A stretch of 64,000 bases of DNA from contig MU005971.1 of NCBI GenBank assembly GCA_010093745.1, forward strand, positions 62,001 to 126,000, in the 5' to 3' direction. The stretch comes from Piedraia hortae CBS 480.64 (Eukaryota). The translations under genes were made by a program, and so were the position numbers. The notes beneath the pieces were generated by a model. It searched no databases and had not been told where the DNA came from. It was given only the letters and a program-made list of their open reading frames with translations. Positions 48,301 to 58,597 of this stretch are shown here, piece after piece (position 1 is the first letter of the stretch; each line of letters begins with the position of its first letter).

Positions 48301-48445
48301 CTACGACGACGCTATGATAGTTTCGCGCAGGTACGTTGACAATGGTGGGTTTAGCACAGTTTCCGTGTGCTCGTACCTGGTGCAGCAAAATGAGTACGTA
48401 CCACGAGGAGCTGACGGAGGTCAACCCATCCATAGACGAAGATGA
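45356..48445 (+). CDS. Highly divergent DNA-directed RNA polymerase second-largest subunit (Rpb2/beta-like); chimeric, native C-terminus missing
   Basis: GFICAGHTSHSTEAGRVRRV ([20 protein letters not shown]), LVPFISSDRAPRPLISSVQTPQAV, GENVVV..GNYEDAMIVS..IDNGGF, QGDKLSTGHGQKGV..EDMP, IPDVVV..TRQTNGQLYE. Confidence 0.9.
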   Translation: MSLFNLRQHEAYANGVTLSNHMTLRNACIDYRDAGGTSWVDNAAPEMSAAASDDQVPCMNKFTNIVGHASDSEIICFGIQECTSAIGVLTEVIGSMQRAVELGRLWTPVGCQKYSRDYKGTWLTHEVMTTKLRVRIASPEEQDILNKILSTAAPLSVSTVHAAMEANHHTNICEYGNIFMFPHGAAPSAGLIGSLHDNECVDMCPNDNKDVPNSAARSFLREYRGFICAGHTSHSTEAGRVRRVTCDVRVRLLSRRTIDDLRGIELVWRNIYRGTDTDWTVFCMGYHSRITRAEMICLERFRNTISARRPCSFSVHTYPDLKLVIVSVSSGTLMKKCSVGGWADNIEVHVSRPIDDSPRPEIHSTGYDQLRANFSAFFNLVPFISSDRAPRPLISSVQTPQAVCIPWCPGTASVSPCYSFNPIVTTPLYTNVLADINDGNANVSSYLPGENVVVLYLNMPGNYEDAMIVSRRYIDNGGFSTVSICSYLVQQSEYVPPVGSRVCSVLCTWWKSPCEPGCLHTTRYIESTKTYCVGHAPTGVIVSVTKQPTGDISVRVKSHQQLQQGDKLSTGHGQKGVAVLWNHEDMPVAHSAKHGTIIPDVVVAMSSLVTRQTNGQLYEAACALTHISMGSRLPVAVDADAVFDVNDEFTVTDATTGEPYMTAVVGDDGEIYMQETLATLGIVRMFNQTQMTRERHHVSHISHGAAPSAGLIGSLHDNECIDMCPGDNKDVPDLAARSFLKGYRGFICAGHTSHSTEAGRVRRVTCDVRVRLLSQHTIDDLLDVTVALRNISRGTDTDWTVFCMGYHARITRAEITCLERLRDSASIRRPCTFSVHIYPDSKLVVVSVSSGTLLKKCSDGRWADDVEVHVSEPVGGSSRPRVSGSGRDQLRANFSAFFSLVPFVSSGRAPRPLISSVQTPQAVCIPWCPGTASVSPCYSFDPVVTTQLYSEVLADIRNDRANASSYLPDENVVTLYLNLPGNYDDAMIVSRRYVDNGGFSTVSVCSYLVQQNEYVPRGADGGQPIHRRR
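47460..48403 (+). repeat. Diverged, indel-free copy of 45900-46843 (offset 1560 nt)
   Basis: Same offset at both ends; in the first 60 nt there are 14 substitutions but only one amino-acid change. Confidence 0.95.
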
Positions 48446-48758
48446 AAAGCAAACAAACAAACAATGCTTTGCTACGGATGATCTTCAGGCTGATTCACCG
48501 CCGCCGGAATTTGCTACCGCCCGTTCCTCGAAGCTTGGCCTCCATTGAGAGAGAAGGTACTGAGGTTGGATGGAGAGCAGTTCCAAGGCGATATGGAGGA
48601 TTGCACACCCGCTGATTTACCAGATTGCAAGAAGCGCACGGTTCAATGGGATGCTCTCCCTCTTCACCAGGAAACACACTTTTCTTCTTCCCCACCAGAA
48701 TTCATGTGCTAAAACCTCATTTCATACCCATCATTACTGATACAATTACTTCTACCGC

Positions 48759-51700
48759 CTACTGTCCCTTTCCCCTCTTTGCAATGTAATACGTGAGCAG
48801 TCCCAATCTCCCTTCGTCCGTCCCCTTAAACGCATCCCAAAACTCATTCTTCTCCGCAAAGAGCTCAAACAATTCACTCGCAAGCTCCACATCTGCCTTT
48901 CGAACTTCAGCATCAGCGTGACAAAGATTCGCAGCTGCAGTGCTTGTTAGGCGCGTGCGTACGCTCGTCTCGAGCTCTACAGAGGAAGAGCGGGCTTTCG
49001 TCGTCTCGACTAGACGGCGGAGGGTGTAAAGCGCCATTGCAACTGCGCCGTCGCCCTGATCCTGGCCGAGAAAATCCAGGGTTGCGTCGATGCAGACCTC
49101 TGGCTGCGACGTCCTTACAATTTCGTCTGCCGTCTTCTCGACGTCGGTGGCAAAGTAGCCGTTGGATATGGTGGTGCTGTTCTGGCACGCAAAAACTGTG
49201 ACAAGCGCCTTGGCCTGCCATGCTGTGGCGTGCTTGCGTTGCCGCGTGAGCAGCGTGCGCATGAGGATCATGGCTTGAGTCTTGAGTGAGGTGGCCTTGG
49301 GCGGTGTTGGGATGATTGTGTCAAATGTCTGGAGGTAGTCTAGCAGGACGGTCATGAGCTCGTCGTACCTTTTTCCGCCGTCCCAAATGTCCTGTTTGCT
49401 CTTGGCGAGATCCTGCACACGTCGGAAGCCGTGCACGTCTAGAGACTTGTTGCGGATGCGCTCGATGCCGGAGCTGAGGAGCTTCTTGCTACGGTGCAGG
49501 TCTGCGCGTTCTTGTGGAGATGGCTCAACGCCGTTGAGAGGCTGCGGACTGGTACCTGCGCTCTCGCTGGAGTCGCCGTTGTTAATGGGACTGGCTACCC
49601 TCGCGTTCTCGTTTACTTTGATTTCTCCGAGCACCTTACGGTCACCGTTCATCGGTGCTGTACCTGCACCTGTGACAAAAGGATCTTCGTAGATGGGGAT
49701 TTCTTCGGCCTGTGTTGTAACAGCGGATTGAGGCTCGCTGGCTACTTCAGGCATACCGTGCCGTTGCATCGGCGAGTTGCGGTCGAGCTTGTCCCTCGCC
49801 TGGTCGAACATGGCCTTCAACGGAGTCCGAGTAGCAAGAGGAGATTGTGTACGTGGCTGGTGGCTGGTCATGGTGGGCATTACCATGGTGAAGCCATCAT
49901 CGTCTGATGGTGCATGGAGGCTGCTGTCCGCGGACATGGCCTGTTGCAGACCGGGACGCTTGATGCCGAGCCCGTTCTTGCTGCTTGGGATAACCATTGT
50001 AAGATCATCCTCGTTAATCATCGATGCGTCGTCGCTGCGTGGCGCATTGCTGCCCTTGCTAGTCGGCCTGGAGGTCTGAACGTGATCGGTGACTGACCGG
50101 CTAAGGCCTGGCATAGGGCTGCGTCTGCGAGGACTGCCTCGAGGGCTCGCCGTGTGTCGGGGACTGGCCCCCTGTCGGACACCGGTTGATCCCTTGGTGG
50201 CACTCAAACCGGAGGCGGAGGTCTTGGATGGCCTCGGTGAGTCCCCTCCCGGGCTGCCGTTTGCCGGAGTGGCGGGCCTCAGCATGCGTCTGGAGGCATA
50301 AGGGTCAGCAGTCTGCGGACGTGCAATCTCCGGTCTTCTAGGCCGTCTTGCCGGGCCAGACATGAGTGCACTACGCTTGCTGGTGGACGAAGCACGGTTG
50401 TCAGGAGCACCGGCCGAGACATTTGACGTGACTCTATCAGGATGGAGGTGTGAAGGGGCACGAGGAGCGTGGTTGACAGTGGAATAGGACCGAGGCTTTG
50501 CAGGCGACAGCTGGGCCATGGCCGAGTTTGGCCTATCAGGCACTCGTCCATGCGCCTTTGCCTTCCTCTGCTCAGCAATCATGTCCCGCATCGCCTGTCT
50601 GCTGGTAGCAGACCGTAAGCCGGTGGCTCCCGTGGTCGGTAGAGACTTGTGGAGGCCAGCATTGGGATTTCCGGGGTGTTTCTGTAGTGCCGTTTTGGCT
50701 GGGCTGTCGAGGGAGTTTATGAGCTTCTCGGCACGTTCTGGCCAGCTCTTTGCGAACACCCAGTAGGTTGCCCTCATGCCTTCTTTAACAGCCGGCTTTG
50801 CGTCTTCCAGGCCCTTTTTGATCGTCTTTTCGGCCAGTTCTAAACCGCCAGAGATCTCAAAGTGGTGCTGATAGCCAGCCTGGCGGTTCAAGATGGTCTT
50901 GAGCCACTCGGGCACGCATTGGCGGATTTGGACGTTTTTGTCTTGGGAAGCATACCAGATATGCTGCATCATGTTACGGTTGTAGGAGCAATGCTGAAAA
51001 AGGGCGTCACACGTCGTTCGGCCGTTCTGGGCAGCAATCGGTTTCGTGTTGGAGCTCATCTTGATGAAGTTTTGTAGCAAAATTTCGACTGTGGGGTCCA
51101 GCGCCGGGCCCAGCGTCCGTGCCAGTTCCTGCACAAGCTGCGTGCCATTGGTAGACATGGTTGTCCGCAACGAGTTGGCTACCTTTAATATGCCCTCCAG
51201 GAGGCTCTTGATGCCGGCCATGAAGGCTGGATGGTACTGGCTGGGTGCGTTTCCCTTCAATAGCCGCCGCAACATAACGACTGACTTATCCCGAGGAATC
51301 CAGTTCTCTTCATCCTCTTTGCCCTCGAAGAATGGCAGCATATCGCGGAAGATGTCGGTCAGGTCTCGCTCCGAGTAGACGGTGACAGGATCCATCTGGA
51401 CAGGTTCAGGAGTCGGTGGATGGGCCGCTTCGCTGTTTAGGCTGTGAGAAAGTTGATTGCCAGGGGGGAGCAGATTGCCGCCCTCGGCTGCCTCTTGCTC
51501 GCCATCGCCCCTCGTCCTCGGCCTGGCGGGAGGTGCGGCTGTTTCGCTTCCAATCTGAGCGAGTATCTGCGACTGGATAGAGTGGCGAACCGAATGCGCC
51601 TTCAACTGGCGCTTGAGATCCAGCTTTGCGCGATCTGGCGCGTCAGAGAAAAGTTCGATGAGGGCTGTCTTAGCCGTCTCCCGCACGTTGCCCTCGTGGT

Positions 51701-52226
51701 CCTCGAGGCGCGCCACAATAGCCGATACATACGCCTTGAACGGCATCGCACGATCTTTGTGCATGCGCGCAACCCACAGGATGCCGGCTTCCTTTGCGCG
51801 CGCGTGAGAACCGCCGATGGCATCATCGCGGATCAACTGCTCGACGTCGGCAGTCAAGAATGGGTATAAGTCGCTTAGCGCGTGCGATGCGCCGGCCCTC
51901 ATCGGCTCCTTGAGGTCGGCCAACTTCTCGAGCAGTACAGGTAGCAGGCGCGGCGCCAGGTGGACGATCGCGCGGCCGTGTGGGTCCTGTATGCGCAGCC
52001 GCTTCACCAGCGGCGAAAGTGTTGAACAGGCCAACAATGCCAGCGTAGACGACGAGTGCTGTGCAACAGCCAATTTGAGGCATTCAAAGATGGTCGACTG
52101 AACACTCTCCGGCACTTCGCCGTGGCGGATCTCGGCCTTCAATGCGTTCATGGCGTCCATTTTGTGCTGCGACTGCGCTGCCGGCCGCTTCAGCATTGCC
52201 AGCAGTTCCGCTGCTTGAGCCTCCAT
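48759..52226 (-). CDS. STU1: CLASP-family microtubule-associated protein Stu1
   Basis: TOG/HEAT repeats, FEGKEDEENWIPRDKSV, SLRTTMSTNG, RPRRPEIARPQTADPY, C-terminal LLTYYI. Confidence 0.93.
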   Translation of the reverse strand: MEAQAAELLAMLKRPAAQSQHKMDAMNALKAEIRHGEVPESVQSTIFECLKLAVAQHSSSTLALLACSTLSPLVKRLRIQDPHGRAIVHLAPRLLPVLLEKLADLKEPMRAGASHALSDLYPFLTADVEQLIRDDAIGGSHARAKEAGILWVARMHKDRAMPFKAYVSAIVARLEDHEGNVRETAKTALIELFSDAPDRAKLDLKRQLKAHSVRHSIQSQILAQIGSETAAPPARPRTRGDGEQEAAEGGNLLPPGNQLSHSLNSEAAHPPTPEPVQMDPVTVYSERDLTDIFRDMLPFFEGKEDEENWIPRDKSVVMLRRLLKGNAPSQYHPAFMAGIKSLLEGILKVANSLRTTMSTNGTQLVQELARTLGPALDPTVEILLQNFIKMSSNTKPIAAQNGRTTCDALFQHCSYNRNMMQHIWYASQDKNVQIRQCVPEWLKTILNRQAGYQHHFEISGGLELAEKTIKKGLEDAKPAVKEGMRATYWVFAKSWPERAEKLINSLDSPAKTALQKHPGNPNAGLHKSLPTTGATGLRSATSRQAMRDMIAEQRKAKAHGRVPDRPNSAMAQLSPAKPRSYSTVNHAPRAPSHLHPDRVTSNVSAGAPDNRASSTSKRSALMSGPARRPRRPEIARPQTADPYASRRMLRPATPANGSPGGDSPRPSKTSASGLSATKGSTGVRQGASPRHTASPRGSPRRRSPMPGLSRSVTDHVQTSRPTSKGSNAPRSDDASMINEDDLTMVIPSSKNGLGIKRPGLQQAMSADSSLHAPSDDDGFTMVMPTMTSHQPRTQSPLATRTPLKAMFDQARDKLDRNSPMQRHGMPEVASEPQSAVTTQAEEIPIYEDPFVTGAGTAPMNGDRKVLGEIKVNENARVASPINNGDSSESAGTSPQPLNGVEPSPQERADLHRSKKLLSSGIERIRNKSLDVHGFRRVQDLAKSKQDIWDGGKRYDELMTVLLDYLQTFDTIIPTPPKATSLKTQAMILMRTLLTRQRKHATAWQAKALVTVFACQNSTTISNGYFATDVEKTADEIVRTSQPEVCIDATLDFLGQDQGDGAVAMALYTLRRLVETTKARSSSVELETSVRTRLTSTAAANLCHADAEVRKADVELASELFELFAEKNEFWDAFKGTDEGRLGLLTYYIAKRGKGQ

Positions 52227-52616
52227 GTTCGTTGCTGCCGTGGAGTGCTGGATCCGGAGCTTCAGAGTTGTCCGTTGTCACTGGTCCGTGCACATATACA
52301 AACACCGCGTCGTGTTTACGCGTCTTCCCCGCATTGTTTATCGGCACTCCACATGTATGCCGTCATCAGTTCCGTCATCGCGCTTCAACCCCGTCAAAGC
52401 TCTTTCCGCCTTCGACATTCACCCGCACGGACCAATTCTTGGCAAGCCAGTTGAACGATCGCAGTAGATCTACTTCAATAGTTACGAGACGCGACGCTGA
52501 TATAGGGAGGCACTAGTGGAATGGAAAATATTGACAAAGATCTTGACTTGATGCCACATGCGTTGGCTGTCGGCTTGACCGACAGAAGTTCAACACTTGG
52601 CAGGCTAAATGACTCT

Positions 52617-53564
52617 CTACTCTGGCTTATTGGTTTCAGACTCCGCCTTAGATTTCAGTAACTCATATAACAAGAACCAGACGACTTTGGAAGCCATGGC
52701 CTCGACAAATCCGATCCTCATTCCCACAAAGAACCCTCTCCAGCTTGCCGTCCGCCATATATCTTTCGTAATCTTTACTGCACTTCCGCAATCTGCCACC
52801 TGCATTCTACGCCTGATAACCTCGAGCGGATATGCAGTGGTTTGTCGAATGACGCCTGCAAATGCACCTGCTGACAATGACGCCCACCACGTTAGCTTTT
52901 GACTATTCTGCCCCGTAAACCCGTACGATCGCATGAGGTCGCTCGCCGAGTGAAAGGCCAACCATCCTAATCCTGAGTAGGGGATGGAACCCACATGCAT
53001 GGGCCCGATCCCACGACAAAACCCTACAAAATCACCAGAATAAACCGCTTTACAGGTTCTGACGATCATCACACTGCGGCTGGAGGTCCACGCCAACCGC
53101 GCGCGAACGAGATCCAGTGGATAAAAAACTAATGTAGTTGCCGTGCCTGCTATGGCACCTGCGGTGAAACGCGGCTATGCAGACTTTGGCTCCGGACTCG
53201 GAACCAGAAAATCATGGAACAGTTCGTATGCTGCAGAGTGTATAGACCTGCAAAGGAACATTTTTGGTAGCGTAGCGCTGTATCCGAGGAAAAGCCTGAG
53301 TACACCGTCCCGGCGGCATATCGCACCCATGGCTGGTACAACGCCAGACCACGTTTTGGAATGTTTGCGAAAGTCGGGGTTTTCTGTTTGGAACGAAATC
53401 ATGATCCGTTCCAGTGGCGTCACAGCAGTTTTTGCCGTGCATGATGCTATCCCCCCGGCTGCCATGCTAAGGGTCAGCTTGCCGAGAGTGTTGCTATATT
53501 GGTGGAATGATACATTGGACGTTTCACTGGGTGCTTTACCAATTGCAGTCGCCTGAGGGTCCAT
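52617..53564 (-). pseudogene. Mitochondrial carrier (Leu5/CoA-carrier-like) pseudogene, intronless
   Basis: Three carrier repeats (AKTAVTPLERI, YPLDLVRARLA, AYPLEVIRRRMQV) in one frame broken by TAG at 53175-53177; several conserved positions eroded. Confidence 0.8.
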
Positions 53565-56500
53565 TAGATTGTGTACTTAGTCTTAATGAGACCTTGTTGC
53601 GAGGTCTTGTCGCAACCTTCGAGGTGAAGTTTGTTTGAAAGTGTGAAAGTTTGGAGTTGTTTCTAGATTGTAGAAACTTGGGGTATCGGACGCCAAGCTG
53701 TCAAACGTGTCACAATGTGGGGACGTACTACACACCAAAAGTCCTAGTACGTGATATGTTCGCAAACTGACATATGGCTGGTTCGCAAAGTGGAAGATAG
53801 CAGATGCAATGAAGCCAAGTTCTTGGGGCTCTTCCGTCGGCTAGCAAGGCAGTCCTTTCGCCAAACTGACTAGCATCATCACTACTCGTTAAACCCCACA
53901 TGATCTTTGATTGGTCGCGTGATGTTCCAGATTACGAGTCAACGTTCCATATAGCACCGTTCCTCCTAGGTGGCATTCCTCATCAATACATCCTAATCCG
54001 CACGGCTATTCCTGTCTAGCAATTTTGACTGCCATTTTAGTCCGCACCAAGACCAGCTTTGTTCCGTTGACGTAGAGGAAATGGAACCGATATAAGAGAG
54101 AAAAGCCCACGAGGTGATTGCTCACACATTTGCCAACAGACCTACCATATACGGTGGCTCTCGAATGAAATCCGCCACGGTGGCCGCGAGCCGAGCATAC
54201 ATTACAACAAAACCTCACATGATCTTCAACACATTAAGATCAAGCCGGTAAATACAAAAGAGCCGCAGCGCAAAAGGCAGCAAAAGTAGCACCAGCAAGG
54301 ACGATTTAGCTCATATCCTTACGATCATCCTTTAGTCGCCAGCTAACAAACCCATCAACGGCACTGTGGCAAACCGAATTCCCATCGGATCTATTTCGGT
54401 ACACCCAGCACTTCAGCACCCTGATGATGCAGGTTCTGCACTACCAAAAGTTATGCACAACAAAGGAGCTTGAATTTCATCCGATCAAGTAAAGAGTATG
54501 CCTGGAAGGTACACTTACCAATGCAGGTTCACATGAAGCGAAGAGTAAGGATGGAAAGGGCATCTTACTAAGGCACACAACTTCCCCTTTTTCTTCCCCC
54601 TTTCTTCCCTCTTTTCTTCCCTCTTCTTCCCTGTACGCTTCCTTGTTCACTTCACTTCACTCTCCTCTCCTCTCCTCGTTTTATTCTCCATACAACTCTC
54701 CTCGCTGTCTATTTCGACTCAAACTAAGTGCTCCATTTCCATTACCAGCGTTTGCAAGAGGCGACCATGCCAAGATTGAATTATACCCACGCAGCAACAC
54801 TTGCAATCATGTGTCCAATGATTTATCAGTATATGTCCACACGTCCAATGAGTCACGCCCCCGAACAGCAGTCGGATTCAGTCAATTTGTTTGAGATCAT
54901 AAAAGAGAACCAGGCAAGCTATCTGGGAAATTATTGCACCCACCAACACCTTCCTAGTGAAGTTGCAAAACAACCAGCGCAAAGGCCGGATATCTACAAG
55001 TCGCTCGTGGATGTGCCACGGCAAAAAGAAAAGGTCACGAGCGAATCTCACATCTACACGAACAAGTCACACGATGGGGGTGGTACTTCCAAGGATGGCC
55101 AAGTGACGCTTGAAGGAGGGCAGTTGGAGTTGAAGGCTCAAGCAAAGACCGCAAGACGCCAGCAATTGGAAGAAGATTTCTTTTGCGATATTCTTTGGGA
55201 TTTGGATTATTAGTGGAGGGTTTCAAGGAGCTCGTTCAAGTTGATGTCAACCAGGAGCAAGTTCCGATAGGGTTAAGGTCGTTGTTGAGAAGTATCAGTG
55301 CCATACCTCGGCCTGATAACAAAGACTATACAAAGAAAACCCTGTATAGCAAAATGCTCAAAGAGCATAATAAAGAGGACAGTGGGGCAATGGAGTGATA
55401 TCTGAAACTGTTTGAACAAAGAAGCTACTTGCATATAAGCTCGCTGCTGAACATCAGAAACGATAACTTTGTAAAAGCTCGATCTTTAGAACTATTACGC
55501 TACGCAACAATTATCTTCCAACAAAGGTGACCGGCAACCTCAACTCTAGAGTGATGGTAGCAAGGTAATAACAACATCGTCTTTCGCGTCATCTCCCATT
55601 CCTATTCTCACTGGTTCAAGCTTATCCTAATGCTATTATATTAGATATATAATGATCGTAATTTTTATACAAGGGATAGCCGCAGTTGCTTCTCCTTCGA
55701 ACGAGATCTCCATACGTGACTCTCATGTTCAGTAGGCCTTTATTCTACGGTAACGTAGGTATACCAGTATCGTTGCATGCCGTCGTGAGCAGTGTGCACA
55801 TATCATGCTGCAGGATCCACTCAGGATATTGCCTGTTCAACCCTTGAGTATTTCCACGCAATACAGCTATGATAGCGCTCAAGAATTCCTTGATCGTTGC
55901 GACCTCCTTGCCACGTCCCAGAAAGCCACTTCAAGTTTCGAGTAACTTCATTCCAGTACAGTTTTTATGTCGAGTCATATCCCACCAAATATCCTCTGCC
56001 TGTCCAGCCACCCCAACACCTGACACCCAACGCCGCCATTTCGTCCTAACATCAGCGAGCAAATGTGAACAACAATACATACCCTCGACACAACCTCCAG
56101 AAGACCCACAAAAATCTAAGACAAGAATAACACACTCACCTGTAATTGTGCTTGATAACCGGTGCGTTGCTCTGTATGCTGAGGTTGAAACCCCATACAG
56201 ACTTGTCTAGCACCTGCCTAACGACCAGGCAGATGCGGCCCTCCTCACCGGAAACTTCAATTCTCAAGGAAGCCAGAAAATAGTAAGCCAGCCACTATTT
56301 GTCAGAAGACAAGAGCAGGGCCTGGAAAAAAAGAAAGGCCAAGGCGACCCATCGTAATAGCAAGGCCGTTGGCATAATTGATAGAAGCGCATCCCAACCA
56401 GTCTTGGCTGGATGGGACAGGTCTCGCTGCCTGGACGCGGGAGACTGGAGCTGATTGCCGCCTGAAGGTTGAGGAGCAGGCGAGCGCTCAGGTTGTCCTT

Positions 56501-58597
56501 CGTAGGGCAGACTGTGGCCGCCACGTCCTACTTGCCATTATTCTTTAGTGTGATGATACGCAACCGGGGAGTTTAATAAAAGTCCGTCAAGGCTTGGCTT
56601 TGCGCTAGGGCACGTTGTCGCTGCGGTTGTGACTTCGGACTTGTTCGACGCGGGGGATTTGCGTGCAGACAGCTATGGACACGTTAGCAGTGGTTTTTTG
56701 CTCTCATGCTGACGAAGTCGTCGGTGCTGGTGGCCGCTGCTGGTGTGAGTTTGCAATTGGCATTTTAAAGACAACCCTTGGCAAAGTGAGACTAATTCCG
56801 GCGGTTCGGGCCACCTTTCCTGATTGGAAACACACATGACTCGCCAAGAAAATATAACTCGTGAAGAAAGCCACAAGTCTATTGAAACCGAGTCTACACT
56901 ATTCCAAAAAACACCACAGCCTAAATCTGCCACTGATTCGCTAGCGCAATCCCAGACAATTGCCTCCTGAACCCTCAGGCTCTGAGCCATAAACAAGCCA
57001 AGCAAGACCGATCGGCCTCTCGCCCACCAGCTCAGGCTTTTTAGAATTCCATGATCCGGGTACCACTTGCACGGATTACGATAACCGGGGTAACCACCAT
57101 GTCTTAGAAACTAAGTGAGCCGACACTTCCAGTCGCCTGTCCTCTCGGCAGAGCGACCGGTCCCACCCAGTTTACACTGGTTGGGATGCGATCTTTGATA
57201 TAATACACACCTTGGCCCCGCCGCCGTGACGGACCGGCCTTGGTGTGCAGACGGACAAGCAGCCCAAGAGTGAGCAAGGCCCAGCGCCCACCGTCGAGAA
57301 AAGCAGCCGACGCCGTTCCACGAGCCCCTTAATGGATTCTCATCTTCCAGATGCGAGTCAAGACATTGAGAGGCTTTGTCTGCAAACCCATCCTGCGGAA
57401 TTCAAAACCTGGCCTTCGAAGACGCGAACAGCCTTTGCAATCTGATCGCGGCCATGAAAATTATCTGTCAGGTTTTTGGCACCTGTCTTTGGAAGCCGCA
57501 TGAAGGTTGCTTCAGGAACTCGCCGATGAGACGTTCAAGTTTGGAGAGATGGCATGGAGCAGGCTCTCCATCCATGCTTTAGTTCCCCTTGCGGCTCTTC
57601 ATCATCTACAAGTCACTTAAGGAGGCCTATCGATTGTCGGGACTAGCAGAGACGGTTGGCATCGGAAACGGCAAAAAGAAAGTTCAAGATAGACGCCGCT
57701 GGAATCCACAGAGCCGAAAACTCTGGTTGCTCCATTCTCGTGAACGGCAAAGGCGGGAAGTTCCTCCGCGACCACGACCTGCCACCTCTGAGCCTTTCCG
57801 TGAACGGTTCTGAGTGTGCAGCCAAACTTTTGGAGGGTTGCGAAGAGCCGCAGAATCTCGCAGGCTGTCGAAGCTGCCTCGGCGGAGCTCGCAGCGCCAG
57901 CTATCGAGCCGAACGAGCAGCCTGCGCAAGATCAAGTCCAAGCAGCAGCTACGACAATCGATGACCTGCTCGAAAATTTGTCGGGCGAATCGTCGACGAC
58001 AAACGCAGACGTTCCCGATGCAAAACACATGGGATTGGCGGCCTGAGCACTCCTGAAGAGGAAGGCGACGGCAGCCCCATTTTTGGCGACTGTGAACCCG
58101 TGCGGCAAGAACTCGAAGCCAGCTGATGGTTTCTCGTACGTGGCTTTGCCTCCAACGCGACGCATCGGTGGCACGTATCGTAAGTGTGCCTACTGAGGGA
58201 GACGTAGCTGCTAACTTTGCACAGTGCTAGTTTAATTCAACTTGCACCACCGCAATGGCCCCAAGATCAGCTGCAGTAAGTTCCCTGGACCCGGCTTAAA
58301 GCTAGCAACCCAACTCAGTATCTGTAGCTATGAGCATCAGGCTCCATCTCTTCGGGTTCACATTCGACACGCTGGCCCACCCAGATGCAGCCAACGCACT
58401 CCAGATATGCTGGAGGCCTTCTACAAGATAGTGCGAACCACATCGATTGCCTTCTTCGGTCGATACTGGGCTCCCGAAGAAGCTCCGTGCCCTCAGGAGC
58501 TTCCCTAGGCTGGCAGCGCGGAGGAAGATGGCATAAACCAGCTGTTAAATGTGCATATGCCGTGCACCAGTTGCGTGGCCGTGCGCAGGAATGATTT

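Larger units (their letters stand above)
38300..48403. mobile_element. Endogenous large-DNA-virus-like island (mosaic); left boundary approximate
   Basis: Intronless, tightly packed ORFs including Rpb2-like, two UDG-like and TBP-like proteins; internal compositional shifts; no host-type genes. Confidence 0.78.

Noticed and set aside
38300..48403. Mitochondrial linear plasmid or yeast killer-plasmid (VLE) insertion
   Set aside because: Mitochondrial plasmids encode single-subunit T7-like polymerases; yeast VLEs are very AT-rich and are not known to me to carry UDG or TBP. No terminal inverted repeats were seen. A distant relationship is not excluded.
45356..48445. Host RPB2/RPC2/RPA2 gene
   Set aside because: Motifs that are near-invariant in fungal enzymes are heavily altered, the protein is too compact, and its neighbours are non-fungal.
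37400..48750. Starship or DNA transposon carrying cargo
   Set aside because: No tyrosine-recombinase captain, transposase, TIRs or target-site duplication could be identified by eye.
53600..58500. Small ORFs (e.g. 54728..55213, 57816..58046) and a possible Gypsy 5' LTR
   Set aside because: No motif support; no paired LTR or primer-binding site identifiable by eye.
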